A stretch of 64,000 nt of DNA from Flavobacteriales bacterium (GTDB lineage: Bacteria > Bacteroidota > Bacteroidia > Palsa-965). The stretch spans positions 160,001-224,000 of the forward strand of contig JBEIPA010000001.1 of the NCBI GenBank assembly GCA_040377305.1. The letters run 5' to 3'. Position numbers and translations under genes: made by a program. A model generated the notes under the pieces. It ran no database searches, was not told the DNA's origin, and saw nothing but the letters and a program-made list of their open reading frames with translations. This document shows positions 50,909-60,616 of the stretch, piece by piece. Every line of letters begins with the position of its first letter. Position 1 is the stretch's first letter.

Positions 50909-50966
50909 GACTGCCAACTGCGCTACGGCACTACTGCCTACTGCACTACTTCCTTACTGCCTACTG
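50909..50966. repeat. Right tandem array, inverted relative to 50321-50363
   Basis: gactg-ccaactg-cgctacgg-cactactg-cctactg-cactactt-ccttactg-cctactg. Confidence 0.85.
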
Positions 50967-51172
50967 AACAGGAGGAATCCGACGGCAGCGTGCGGTCCTC
51001 CTTGGTTTGTTCACAATAATTGTCGGTGAAAAAGTACTATCCTCCCGGGATGTTTTCCCCCTCTGAGTGATATTCCGGTATTGGGTTACCGATTAAGATG
51101 GCAGACCATCACAATATCAGAGACCCGGGCGGATAGCAATACAAATGTAAATTCACCTTTTTTGCCAGTCAA

Positions 51173-51240
51173 CCCGTATTACTACGGGATTTTTACCCCC
51201 GTATTTATACGGTATTTCACCCCCGTATTTCTACGGTATT
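51173..51240. promoter_or_regulatory. Three tandem palindromic sites CCGTA-N4-TACGG (24-25 bp period), putative operator array
   Basis: cccgtattactacgggatt, cccgtatttatacggtatt, cccgtatttctacggtatt at 51173, 51198 and 51222. Confidence 0.55.
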
Positions 51241-51356
51241 CCGCTGTTAACCTACTGATAAAGAAGGCATTCTGCGATTCACATAAAATGGGGATACACC
51301 ATTCTACGTAAAGGCACGATTGTCGTACTTTCCTCGCTACAACCAAAAACAATCGT

Positions 51357-51608
51357 ATGAAATTCAGAGTCAACCACACAATCTCCAACCCACAAGAGTT
51401 CTGGGGACGCGCACAAAAGGCATTGCCGAATCTTCCTGAAGGAATTAAGATTCATGTTGTGCTGCCAAACGAAACAATGGATACAGCAACTTGTGTTTGG
51501 GAAGCTGCGGATCTTGCAACAATCACTGCGTTCCTTGAAGGAGCAACCGGAGATGTAAGCAAGAATGATTACATGATAATCAACGAAGCGAATGCGATGG
51601 GTGTTTAA
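51357..51608 (+). CDS. Small hypothetical alpha/beta protein (83 aa)
   Basis: A-rich translation initiation region; globular pattern HTI..FW..ATCVWEA. Confidence 0.7.
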   Translation: MKFRVNHTISNPQEFWGRAQKALPNLPEGIKIHVVLPNETMDTATCVWEAADLATITAFLEGATGDVSKNDYMIINEANAMGV

Positions 51609-51709
51609 CCCGATACTACAAGAAAGGCTTCCGTCTCTGTGAATAGTTGAGTGGTGATTCGATGTTACTCCTGCTCTTCTCCGGCGACGTGAAGCCTTTA
51701 TCTTGCAAA

Positions 51710-52618
51710 CTACTTTTTACGTTTGAAATTTCCCGGTTTGTTCCTCGGCTTATTTCCGTCGAATTTGCCCTTCGGCTTATCACTTCCCGCCTTACCGGGC
51801 TTATGACCTCCAGGTTTTCCCTTTCCGGATGCACTTCCTTTCGGCTTGCCACTCCACTTGCGGGATTGTGTAACCACCTTCTTCTCCTTACCTGCACTCT
51901 CTTCCGATTTTTCAATCGATTTGAAAATTCCGCGCATCTCATCCGGAGTAAGATCACGCCAGTCACCTTGTGGTAATCCTTTCAAAGTAATGTTCATGAT
52001 ACGCACGCGCTCGAGCTTCACAACTTCGTAACCGAAATACTCGCACATGCGACGAATCTGCCGGTTCAATCCTTGTACAAGTATGATTCGAAAAATATTA
52101 GGTGTCTCTTTTTTGATCACACATTTCTTCGTGCGTTGACCAAGAATCGGCACACCCGCACCCATGCCGCTGATGAAATCGTCCGTGATCGGCTTGTTGA
52201 CCGTTACCACATATTCTTTCTCGTGATTATTCGAAGCACGGAGAATCTTATTCACGATATCACCATCGCTCGTGAGGAAAATTAATCCCTGTGAATCTTT
52301 GTCTAGTCGTCCAATCGGAAAAACGCGACGACTGTGATTAACGAAGTCAATGATGTTCGTGCGATCTCCTAATTCAGTTGTACTCGTCACACCCGGCGGC
52401 TTATTCAGTACAATGTAAATCTGCTGAGACTTCTCCATCGGCTCCAGCGCATTTCCATTGACGTGCACCACATCACCGGGATTAACCTGGTCGCCAATTT
52501 TCGCACGCTTGCCGTTGATCTTGACGTTGCCTTGTTCAATGAATCGATCAGCTTCGCGACGGGAGCAAACTCCAGATTCAGCAATAAACTTATTAAGACG
52601 AACTGCTTGTGACATCAT
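51710..52618 (-). CDS. rluF: 23S rRNA pseudouridine(2604) synthase
   Basis: S4 domain [47 protein letters not shown]; basic tail. Confidence 0.9.
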   Translation of the reverse strand: MMSQAVRLNKFIAESGVCSRREADRFIEQGNVKINGKRAKIGDQVNPGDVVHVNGNALEPMEKSQQIYIVLNKPPGVTSTTELGDRTNIIDFVNHSRRVFPIGRLDKDSQGLIFLTSDGDIVNKILRASNNHEKEYVVTVNKPITDDFISGMGAGVPILGQRTKKCVIKKETPNIFRIILVQGLNRQIRRMCEYFGYEVVKLERVRIMNITLKGLPQGDWRDLTPDEMRGIFKSIEKSEESAGKEKKVVTQSRKWSGKPKGSASGKGKPGGHKPGKAGSDKPKGKFDGNKPRNKPGNFKRKK

Positions 52619-52636
52619 TGCAAAGATACTTCAAAC

Positions 52637-52670
52637 AAAAAGTCCCGACAGCAATGCTATCGGGACTTTT
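52637..52670 (-). terminator. Terminator after the S8 peptidase gene
   Basis: AAAAAGTCCCGA-loop-TCGGGACTTTT. Confidence 0.75.
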
Positions 52671-52687
52671 ATGCATTGGAATGCAAT

Positions 52688-54331
52688 TTATTTCTTCGGT
52701 GTTCCTGATGCCATTTGCACAGCAGCATAAAGGTCCACTACTCCACCTGTTCTGCTGAGTGTTTCGAACTTCCCTGTAATTGCTTTCTTGGCTTCACCTT
52801 TCTTGTTGAATTTGAATTGACCCGGGATGTTGACTTTCTTCTTGGACAACGACTTGTCGGATGAAGTTTCAACAATTCGCTTAATGTCTACTGCAGAAAG
52901 ATTCGGGAAATATGTTTTCAATACCGCACATACTCCTGCAGTCACAGGCGATGCCATTGAAGTTCCGCTAGCGTTTGCATAACCGTTCTCAGGTTTAGTT
53001 GAGTAAATATCAACGCCAGGTGCAAACACATCTACATTGTTCTTACCGTAGTTAGAAAACGGAGCAGGTGAATCTTTTCCAGTTCTCCAGTTGAGTGCAC
53101 CAACTTCAATCCAGTTGGTTGCAACTCCACCATCCAGATATCTTGGATTCGGGAAGTTGTTCGTTTTGTCGTTATTCTTCGCATCATTTCCAGCAGCGTG
53201 AACAAGTAATACACCTTTGCTCTCTGCATATTTAACCGCTTTGTCAACGATTGCTTTGTTGTAACCGTAAGATTTTCCAAAACTCATGTTGATGATCTTC
53301 GCACCATTGTCAACGGCATAAATAATTCCGTTCGCAACATCCTTATCGCGCTCGTCACCATCCGGAACTACGCGAATGCCCATGATCTTCACTGCATTTG
53401 AAACGCCATCAATTCCAAGGTTGTTCCCGCGCTGCGCTGCAATGATTCCTGCAACGTGCGTTCCGTGGAATGCATCTGGTCCTTTGATGTCGGCATTGCC
53501 GTAATACTTCTCTTCCTGGTTTTCGTAGTCATCACCCACAATACTGCGTGGATCATAATCAGTGTTCAAATGATAATCAAGCATGCTGTTGTAAGCTTTT
53601 ACGCCCTCTGCGATCTCAGCATTAAGTGAAGTCCACTCTTCCGCCGATCTTACAACCAATGTCTTCAGCAACAAGTGATACTTGCTGTACATCGGACTCG
53701 CGTTGTGATTCTTGAAATCATCGTACGTCACCGTGTCTTTTCCGGTTCTTGATTTGATTTCATCTTTGAAACCGTCGTTCATTTTCTGGAAACCTACGAT
53801 ATCATCAAGCGTTTTCTTTACTTCATCGTACTTCGCGTTGTAGTCTGTCTGTACAATGATGTAACGTGAAAATTCTGCTGTATCACTTGCAGGAAGATCC
53901 TCACGCGTTTTACCCTTGAATTTTTTCTTCATACGACGATACTCGCGCGTAAGCTCCAGATTATCGTGCTCCACATTTTCTCCGTTCGCACCACCGATGA
54001 AATTCCATCCGTAAATGTCATCTATGTAACCGTTTTTGTCATCATCGATTTTGTTCGCAGGAATTTCGCCCGGGTTGTGCCACATCACGTTCTTGAGATC
54101 TTCGTGATTGTAGTCAACGCCACCGTCAATTACGGCAACAATAATTGTATCGGGAGTTTTTCCGTTCAACAGATCATTGTAAGTCTTCTCAGTTCCAACA
54201 CCGCGTGTTCCGTTGTCTTTGTAAGAAAGATTGAACCAGCTCTTTGGTGCTTCAGTAGGATCACCAGTCTGATAAAATGTTGCGCTTATAGCAAAAGCCG
54301 CAATGGGGATAATCAAAAGAAATTTCTTCAT
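52688..54331 (-). CDS. S8 subtilisin-like serine peptidase
   Basis: VAVIDGG, HGTHVAGII, AAGN, SGTSMASP catalytic triad motifs; signal peptide. Confidence 0.94.
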   Translation of the reverse strand: MKKFLLIIPIAAFAISATFYQTGDPTEAPKSWFNLSYKDNGTRGVGTEKTYNDLLNGKTPDTIIVAVIDGGVDYNHEDLKNVMWHNPGEIPANKIDDDKNGYIDDIYGWNFIGGANGENVEHDNLELTREYRRMKKKFKGKTREDLPASDTAEFSRYIIVQTDYNAKYDEVKKTLDDIVGFQKMNDGFKDEIKSRTGKDTVTYDDFKNHNASPMYSKYHLLLKTLVVRSAEEWTSLNAEIAEGVKAYNSMLDYHLNTDYDPRSIVGDDYENQEEKYYGNADIKGPDAFHGTHVAGIIAAQRGNNLGIDGVSNAVKIMGIRVVPDGDERDKDVANGIIYAVDNGAKIINMSFGKSYGYNKAIVDKAVKYAESKGVLLVHAAGNDAKNNDKTNNFPNPRYLDGGVATNWIEVGALNWRTGKDSPAPFSNYGKNNVDVFAPGVDIYSTKPENGYANASGTSMASPVTAGVCAVLKTYFPNLSAVDIKRIVETSSDKSLSKKKVNIPGQFKFNKKGEAKKAITGKFETLSRTGGVVDLYAAVQMASGTPKK

Positions 54332-54485
54332 TGGAAATTTTTATTTACGTGTCAAAAGTAAGTATTTGAGAGGGAGAATAAACCCCAAAAATGGTGAAGA
54401 TGACGGACGGTAGTGGTACCGGATGATCAGCGAAAATCAGTCGGGAACGGTCGGCTTTTACACCGAAATCCGTAGCTCAAGCTTC

Positions 54486-54596
54486 TTAAATCAGAATCAG
54501 AATTCCCACCACCGCGGTAATCAAAATCGTGGTCCAGAATGTGTAAATCTGAATACTCTCAACCGAGTTGAAGCGAGGAAAAAGCCTTTTCAGCAT
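54486..54596 (-). CDS. Putative 36-aa single-TM small protein
   Basis: MLKRLFPRFNSVESIQIYTFWTTILITAVVGILILI*; below the ORF-track cutoff. Confidence 0.4.
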   Translation of the reverse strand: MLKRLFPRFNSVESIQIYTFWTTILITAVVGILILI

Positions 54597-54719
54597 GCGT
54601 ACAGGGGTGTGATAAATGTATTGCCGGTACAATTATAGGGCGATTTTGAGCCATATACCAGACAATTTCGATGAAGCACACAGCGAAACCCACGAAATTC
54701 ATGCCGGACAAGACAAAGC

Positions 54720-54757
54720 AAAAAGTCCCTTCGGGCCGCAGCCTAAAGGGACTTTTT
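54720..54757 (-). terminator. Terminator after the acyl-CoA dehydrogenase gene
   Basis: AAAAAGTCCCTT-loop-AAGGGACTTTTT. Confidence 0.75.
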
Positions 54758-54775
54758 ACCGTATCAAGTATCTGT

Positions 54776-55917
54776 TTATTCTTTGATAATCTCCCGTGCG
54801 ATCACCATTTTCTGAATTTCTGAAGTTCCCTCGCCGATCGTACACAGCTTGGAATCGCGGTAAAACTTCTCTGCCGGGAAGTCTTTTGTGTATCCGTAAC
54901 CACCGAAAATCTGAACACCTTCTGTAGCCACACGCACACAAACTTCAGATGCGTAATACTTCGCGAACGCCGATGCTTTGGTCACTTTCTCTCCACGATT
55001 CTTGAGATCTGCAGCCTTCATGGTCAAAAGCTCAGCAGCATCAATTTCCGTTGCCATATCAGCCAACTTGAAAGCAATTGCCTGGAAATGAGAAATTGGT
55101 TTGCCGAATTGCTGTCGCTCTTTCGAATACTGCAACGCGGCTTCGTATGCTCCGCGCGCAATTCCCAATGATACGGCTGCGATAGAAATACGTCCGCCAT
55201 CAAGAACTTTCATCGCCTGAACAAATCCTTCACCAACTTTTCCGAGAATCTGGCTCTTATGTACACGGCAATCTGTAAACACCAACTCGGCTGTTTCAGA
55301 TGCACGCATCCCAAGCTTATTCTCCTTCTTCCCTGGTGCAAATCCTTTCGTGCCCTTCTCAATAATGAAAGCGGTTGTAGAATTAGACGCACCCTTTTCT
55401 CCGGTACGTACAATCACAACTGCAACATCACCGGAAATCGCGTGGGTGATAAAATTCTTTGATCCGTTGATAATGTAATCATCTCCGTCAGGCACTGCTG
55501 TGGTTAACATTCCACCAGCATCTGAACCTGTATTCTGTTCCGTGAGCCCCAGGCGCCAATCCACTCACCAGTAGCAAGCTTCGGCAAATATTTTTTCTTC
55601 TGCTCTTCGTTTCCGAATGCAAGAATGTGACCTGTACAAAGGGAATTGTGTGCAGCTACTGACAGGCAAATTGATCCGCAGATCTTACCGATTTCAGTCA
55701 GCGCAGTTACGTATTCGAAATATCCGAAACCCGCTCCACCGTACTCCGGCGGAACCAGAACTCCAAGCAACCCAAGATCGCCGAGCTTCTTCATCACCTC
55801 CACAGGAAACTCTTGCGATTCATCCCACTCCATCAATTTCGGACGAATATGTTCTGCGCCGAATTTGCGGATCATTTCAGCAATCATTACTTGATTCTCA
55901 TTCTGTTTGAACTCCAT
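54776..55917 (-). pseudogene. Acyl-CoA dehydrogenase split by a 1-bp deletion (true pseudogene or sequencing error)
   Basis: N-terminal half ends ..ATGEWIGAWG and the C-terminal half resumes LTEQNTGSDAG..NGSKNFIT..FGGYGY..IGEGTSEIQ. One extra G in the G4 run at 55547-55550 restores the frame. Confidence 0.88.
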
Positions 55918-56004
55918 AGGGAAAAGTGTGTTTTTCGGAGGTCAAAAATAACAGAAAAAAGGGATGAGGAATCGGTAATACCGGATGAGTGACAAGAAAA
56001 AGGA

Positions 56005-56526
56005 TTAATCTCTCAACAAACTCACAATTTCATTGGAATAAGCGGTCAGCACTTCGCGCCCCTTGAGAAAATCCAACTCAACTACAAACGAAAACGCCGC
56101 AACAGTTCCACCTTGAAGCTCCACAAGCTTAGCAGCAGCAACAGCCGTTCCTCCTGTTGCAAGAAGATCGTCGTGAATCATTACGTTCCAGCCTGCTTTC
56201 ACCGCATCCTCATGCATTTCAATGCGCGCGGTTCCGTATTCCAAAGCGTAATCAATTCCAACAGTTTTCCAAGGAAGCTTTCCTGATTTACGTATCGGAA
56301 TAAATGGAACGCCCATTTTCAAGGCCAACGCATAGCCAAACAGAAATCCACGGCTTTCAATTCCGGCAATCGCATCAATCTTTTTGTTTAAGAAATGATT
56401 TGCGAATTCATCAACAATTGCAACACCGATTTTGGCATCGTGCAAAAGCGGAGTTACGTCTTTGAACATAATTCCTTTCTTCGGGAAGTCGGGAACGAGG
56501 CGAATTGCGTTGCGAATGAGATCCAT
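56005..56526 (-). CDS. apt: Adenine phosphoribosyltransferase
   Basis: PDFPKKGIMFKD, GIESRGF, RKSGKLP, YALEYG, HDDLLATGGT. Confidence 0.96.
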   Translation of the reverse strand: MDLIRNAIRLVPDFPKKGIMFKDVTPLLHDAKIGVAIVDEFANHFLNKKIDAIAGIESRGFLFGYALALKMGVPFIPIRKSGKLPWKTVGIDYALEYGTARIEMHEDAVKAGWNVMIHDDLLATGGTAVAAAKLVELQGGTVAAFSFVVELDFLKGREVLTAYSNEIVSLLRD

Positions 56527-57425
56527 TAAAGCGTGAGGTAAGGAGAAAGTTTATCGTAGAGATCTTGCGTAATCAATTTACACTGCATGATATCGCTGAG
56601 CTGCTTAAAATTGCCGTGTTGTTTTCTGTAGTTCACCAATGCGCCAGCCACCGTTGGTGTGAAATAAGGATGTTTCTTCAGTTCCGAAACTGTGGCTGTG
56701 TTTACACTCAACTTTGTGACGTACGACGGATCACACGTGAATGAAGACTCTATCTCCGTGTACTTCGTCTGATCAATTCCATAAACTTCCATTAACTGTT
56801 CTTTGGAATGAAATCCTCCAAGTCGAAAACGATAATCCACAATTCGTTTTGCAACAGATGGCCAGATTCCCCACACCTTGACTAGCTCGGTCGTATCAGC
56901 CGTATTCAACTCCATGATAACTTTTGGCTTTTCCTTCTTCACGAAAGTGTTAGAGCTGTCGCGCGGAATCACAATGTATTGCTCCAACTCATTGTATTTC
57001 TCCGGTGAAATCACGTAGAGCTTCTTTACATCATCTTTCGATTTGAAGTTTCCACCCTTCGCTTCAAAATTTTTCACCGACTGCGCTTGCTTCGGAGTAA
57101 GTCCGAGACGTACCCAATCACTTTCGGCAAGTCCGTTCGGATTAAACAGAAACAATTCATTCTGCTGATACACTGATCGCTGACCAGCCATGAAAGCAAC
57201 CTCCACCTCCACTTTCTCGGCAAACACTTTCACAGCCTCACCTTCTTCGGCCTTATTCAGTTGCTCGTAATATTCAGCCGGAATTTCAGTCGGTACAGAT
57301 GCTGGCTCAAACAAAGCGGGCTTCAAAACGAGATAGGCAATTACACCCACCAGCAAAAAGCACAACACGCCAATGCCGTTCCGCTCTTGCTTTGTAAATG
57401 AGAATAATTCCTTCCAGTTTTTCAT
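56526..57425 (-). CDS. ComEA-like helix-hairpin-helix protein
   Basis: N-terminal TM, FNPN, ELNTAD..VWGIW..YRFRLGGF, VNTAT HhH repeats. Confidence 0.88.
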   Translation of the reverse strand: MKNWKELFSFTKQERNGIGVLCFLLVGVIAYLVLKPALFEPASVPTEIPAEYYEQLNKAEEGEAVKVFAEKVEVEVAFMAGQRSVYQQNELFLFNPNGLAESDWVRLGLTPKQAQSVKNFEAKGGNFKSKDDVKKLYVISPEKYNELEQYIVIPRDSSNTFVKKEKPKVIMELNTADTTELVKVWGIWPSVAKRIVDYRFRLGGFHSKEQLMEVYGIDQTKYTEIESSFTCDPSYVTKLSVNTATVSELKKHPYFTPTVAGALVNYRKQHGNFKQLSDIMQCKLITQDLYDKLSPYLTL

Positions 57426-58909
57426 TACTGCTGAATGGCTTTCTTGTCGATTACGTTTTTCAGGAAGTAATAAATCGGAACACCGAGTCCGACAAGAATT
57501 AATCCTGCAACGGAGTTTCGCGTATCCATGAATATCAAGTCAATGCAAATCGCAGATGCAACAATGATGTACAACGCAGGCACAATCGGGTAACCGAGCG
57601 CTTTATAAGGTCGTGGTGCATCGGGCTCTTTCTTTCTCAGCACAAACAATCCTGCGATGGTCACACAATAGAAAATCAGTGACGCGAACGTTGCATACGA
57701 AAGCAGATCTCCATACTTGCCGGAGAAGCACAAAGCACACGCCCATATTGCTTGTATCCATAACGCAAATGCCGGCACACCGTTTTCGTTGAGCTTACCA
57801 GCGCGTGGAAAAAACAATCCGTCTTTCGACATTGCGTAAAACAATCTTCCGCCCGCGAGAATAATTCCGTTGTTGCAACCGAATGTTGAAACCATGATGA
57901 GGACAGCCATCATTATAGAAGCAGATGATCCGAAAATCATATACGCAGCGGAAGAACCTATACGATCATTTTCTGCATGTTGAATTCCCTGCGTGACAAT
58001 ATCATTTCTCGTGATTTCTGCACCCGGCAATATATTCACAGGATCGCCTTCGAGTGGGAGCAAAGAGAGATAAGCAAGATTGGCAAGCAGGTATAATACG
58101 GTTACAATTGCAGTTCCCAGAATGAGGCTTCGTGGAATATTTTTCGCCGGTTCTTTAATTTCTCCTGCGATGAATGTCACGTTATTCCATGCGTCGCTGG
58201 AGAAAAGTGAATTGATCATCGTGAAACCAAGCACCATCATCAGACCGATTCCTGCTAATGGAGAATTGGTGGTGGTGCCGTCATCCGCAACTTCTGTGCG
58301 CGAAGCAGTCCACGAATCAGTAAAATTAAGATCGAGTACATCCGTGCTGAATCCTACATACAATCCCAGTACAATCAACGCCAGAAGTGCCAGCAATTTC
58401 GCAGAAGTAAAAATCTTCGCTACCCACGCTCCTCCTTCTACTCCACGTGTGTTCCACATGGTCAGCAAAAGGATCAACCCGACGGCAACAAGATGTGCTC
58501 TGGTAATTTTCAACCAACCCGCTTCAACGATGATATGTTTCGAACTGAGTGCAGGAATTAATTCCGAAGTATAATTCGCGAACGCAATAGCTACTGCCGC
58601 AATCACTCCGGTCTGAATTACACTGAATACTGTCCATCCGTACAGAAACGCAGTCAACCTTCCGAATGCGCGACGAATGTAAACGTATTGCCCTCCCGCT
58701 TCCGGCATCATGCCTGCGAGCTCTCCGTAACTCAACGCCGCTGCGAGTGTAATTACTCCGCTGATGATCCACGCAAGCATGAGCCATCCTGCAGAGCCAA
58801 CGTCGCGCGACATTTGCGCACTCACGAGAAATATTCCGGAACCAATCATGGAACCCGCAACAATCGAAGTGGCGTCAATTAATCCTAAACGTTGTTTGAA
58901 TCCAGACAT
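57425..58909 (-). CDS. APC family amino acid permease
   Basis: GSMIGSGIF, ELAGMMPEAGGQY, AGEIKEPAKNIP, RPYKALGYP. Confidence 0.93.
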   Translation of the reverse strand: MSGFKQRLGLIDATSIVAGSMIGSGIFLVSAQMSRDVGSAGWLMLAWIISGVITLAAALSYGELAGMMPEAGGQYVYIRRAFGRLTAFLYGWTVFSVIQTGVIAAVAIAFANYTSELIPALSSKHIIVEAGWLKITRAHLVAVGLILLLTMWNTRGVEGGAWVAKIFTSAKLLALLALIVLGLYVGFSTDVLDLNFTDSWTASRTEVADDGTTTNSPLAGIGLMMVLGFTMINSLFSSDAWNNVTFIAGEIKEPAKNIPRSLILGTAIVTVLYLLANLAYLSLLPLEGDPVNILPGAEITRNDIVTQGIQHAENDRIGSSAAYMIFGSSASIMMAVLIMVSTFGCNNGIILAGGRLFYAMSKDGLFFPRAGKLNENGVPAFALWIQAIWACALCFSGKYGDLLSYATFASLIFYCVTIAGLFVLRKKEPDAPRPYKALGYPIVPALYIIVASAICIDLIFMDTRNSVAGLILVGLGVPIYYFLKNVIDKKAIQQ

Positions 58910-58951
58910 AAAAAAGGGCGGGAGTTACCCGCCCGATATAAGAAGCTTAAA

Positions 58952-60532
58952 TTAATTGCCTTTGTTGAGCTTGCTGTTCTTCTTTCCGTAGAGGAAATAA
59001 ATAACAAGACCAGCTGCCATCCAATAACCTGCGACTTTCAGTGTTTGTACATCAAGTGCCACAATCATCATAAGGCAGATCGCCGCACCAAGAATCGAAA
59101 CAACAGGTGCCATGGGTGTACGGAAAGGACGTTCCATGTCTGGTTTCTTCACACGAAGAACCCAGATGCCGATGCAAACAAGTACGAATGCGAACAGTGT
59201 TCCGAACGATGTAAGATCGCCTGCGACACTTCCCGGTACAAAAGCAGCGAACAACCCAACCATTACGAAAAGGATCATGTTTGCTTTGTAAGGTGTTTTG
59301 TATTTCGGATGCAGTTCACCGAATGCTTTTGGAATCAAACCATCTGTACTCATGTTGTAGAATACACGGCTCTGACCCATCAACATCACCAGAATTACAG
59401 AAGAGAATCCTGCGAGAATTGCAATCGTCACAGCTGTGCCCAACCACGCATAACCAGTCATGTACGTGTTAATCGCATAAGCTACTGATGCTTCTTTACC
59501 TGCAGTTGCAAATTCCTGATAAGGAGCAACGCCTGTCAATACGTGTCCGAAGAGAATGTAAAGTACAGTACACACAGCAAGTGATCCAAGAATTCCGATC
59601 GGCATATCGCGCTTCGGATTTTTCGCTTCCTGCGCAGCTGTACTTACCGCATCAAAACCAATGAAGGCGAAGAACACAATTGCTGCTCCTCCAAGTACAC
59701 CGCCCCAGCCATGTTTGAATACACCTTCGTGTCCAGCAACGCCTTCCGGAATCAGATACGGCGTGTGGTTTTCAGAATTAATGAAGCCCCAACCGATTGC
59801 GATGAACACAAGAACGATTGCAACTTTGATGAAAACGATAATACCATTCACAATCGCCGACTCCTGAGTTCCTTTGATCAGAAGCAACGTGAGTAAGAAA
59901 AGAATTACAAGTGCAGGTGCGTTCATCATTCCGCTTGTCTGATTAACTGTTCCCTGAAGAGCTGCTGGCAAATGCGTGAACTGATCTTCAGAAAGAAGAA
60001 GGACCCCATCTTTTACACCTTTTACAGTTTCAGGCAATGCGGTATTGATTGCAGTTATAGCATCGCCGCTTACTTTATATAAAGTTTCAAAAGGAGAGTG
60101 ACACCATTCATACGGTATGCCGCCGCCTAAGAGATTATTCAGATATTCACTCCACGCAATTGAGACAGTCGCTGCACCCAGTGCGTATTCCATAATCAAA
60201 GCCCAACCGATAATCCATGCAACGAGCTCACCCATGGTAACGTATGTATATGCATACGCGCTACCGGAAATCGGCATCATCGCAGCAAACTCCGCATAAC
60301 ACAGGCCCGCAAAAGCACAACCAATAGCAGCAACAATGAATGACAACGTTACACCTGAACCCGCAGCTTCCGAAGCTGCAGCAGCAGTTCGAACGAAAAG
60401 TCCGGCCCCAATAATAGCACCGATACCCAATGCAACCAGGCTCCATGCCGTTAACGTGCGTTTCATTCCCTTCTCGTTGTCAGCAGCCTGCGCGAGCATG
60501 ACTTCAATAGATTTCTTCCTGAATAAGCTCAT
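58952..60532 (-). CDS. APC family (cationic-type) amino acid permease
   Basis: GIGAIIGAGLF, CYAEFA, GSAYAY, FAFIGFDAVSTAAQEAKNP. Confidence 0.93.
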   Translation of the reverse strand: MSLFRKKSIEVMLAQAADNEKGMKRTLTAWSLVALGIGAIIGAGLFVRTAAAASEAAGSGVTLSFIVAAIGCAFAGLCYAEFAAMMPISGSAYAYTYVTMGELVAWIIGWALIMEYALGAATVSIAWSEYLNNLLGGGIPYEWCHSPFETLYKVSGDAITAINTALPETVKGVKDGVLLLSEDQFTHLPAALQGTVNQTSGMMNAPALVILFLLTLLLIKGTQESAIVNGIIVFIKVAIVLVFIAIGWGFINSENHTPYLIPEGVAGHEGVFKHGWGGVLGGAAIVFFAFIGFDAVSTAAQEAKNPKRDMPIGILGSLAVCTVLYILFGHVLTGVAPYQEFATAGKEASVAYAINTYMTGYAWLGTAVTIAILAGFSSVILVMLMGQSRVFYNMSTDGLIPKAFGELHPKYKTPYKANMILFVMVGLFAAFVPGSVAGDLTSFGTLFAFVLVCIGIWVLRVKKPDMERPFRTPMAPVVSILGAAICLMMIVALDVQTLKVAGYWMAAGLVIYFLYGKKNSKLNKGN

Positions 60533-60616
60533 AGATTTTATCTCGTTTTGTGAAAAGTAAGAATCACCAAATATAACAAAACCGACATACCGGAATTCCG
60601 TAATTTGCGGTCAATT

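Noticed and set aside
50321-50966. Diversity-generating retroelement, since the four-helix bundle is Avd-like
   Set aside because: No reverse transcriptase and no TR/VR pair with adenine-specific mismatches is visible in the window.
51173-51240. Mini-CRISPR array
   Set aside because: Units are ~19 bp with 5-6 bp spacers, far too short for spacers, and there are no cas genes.
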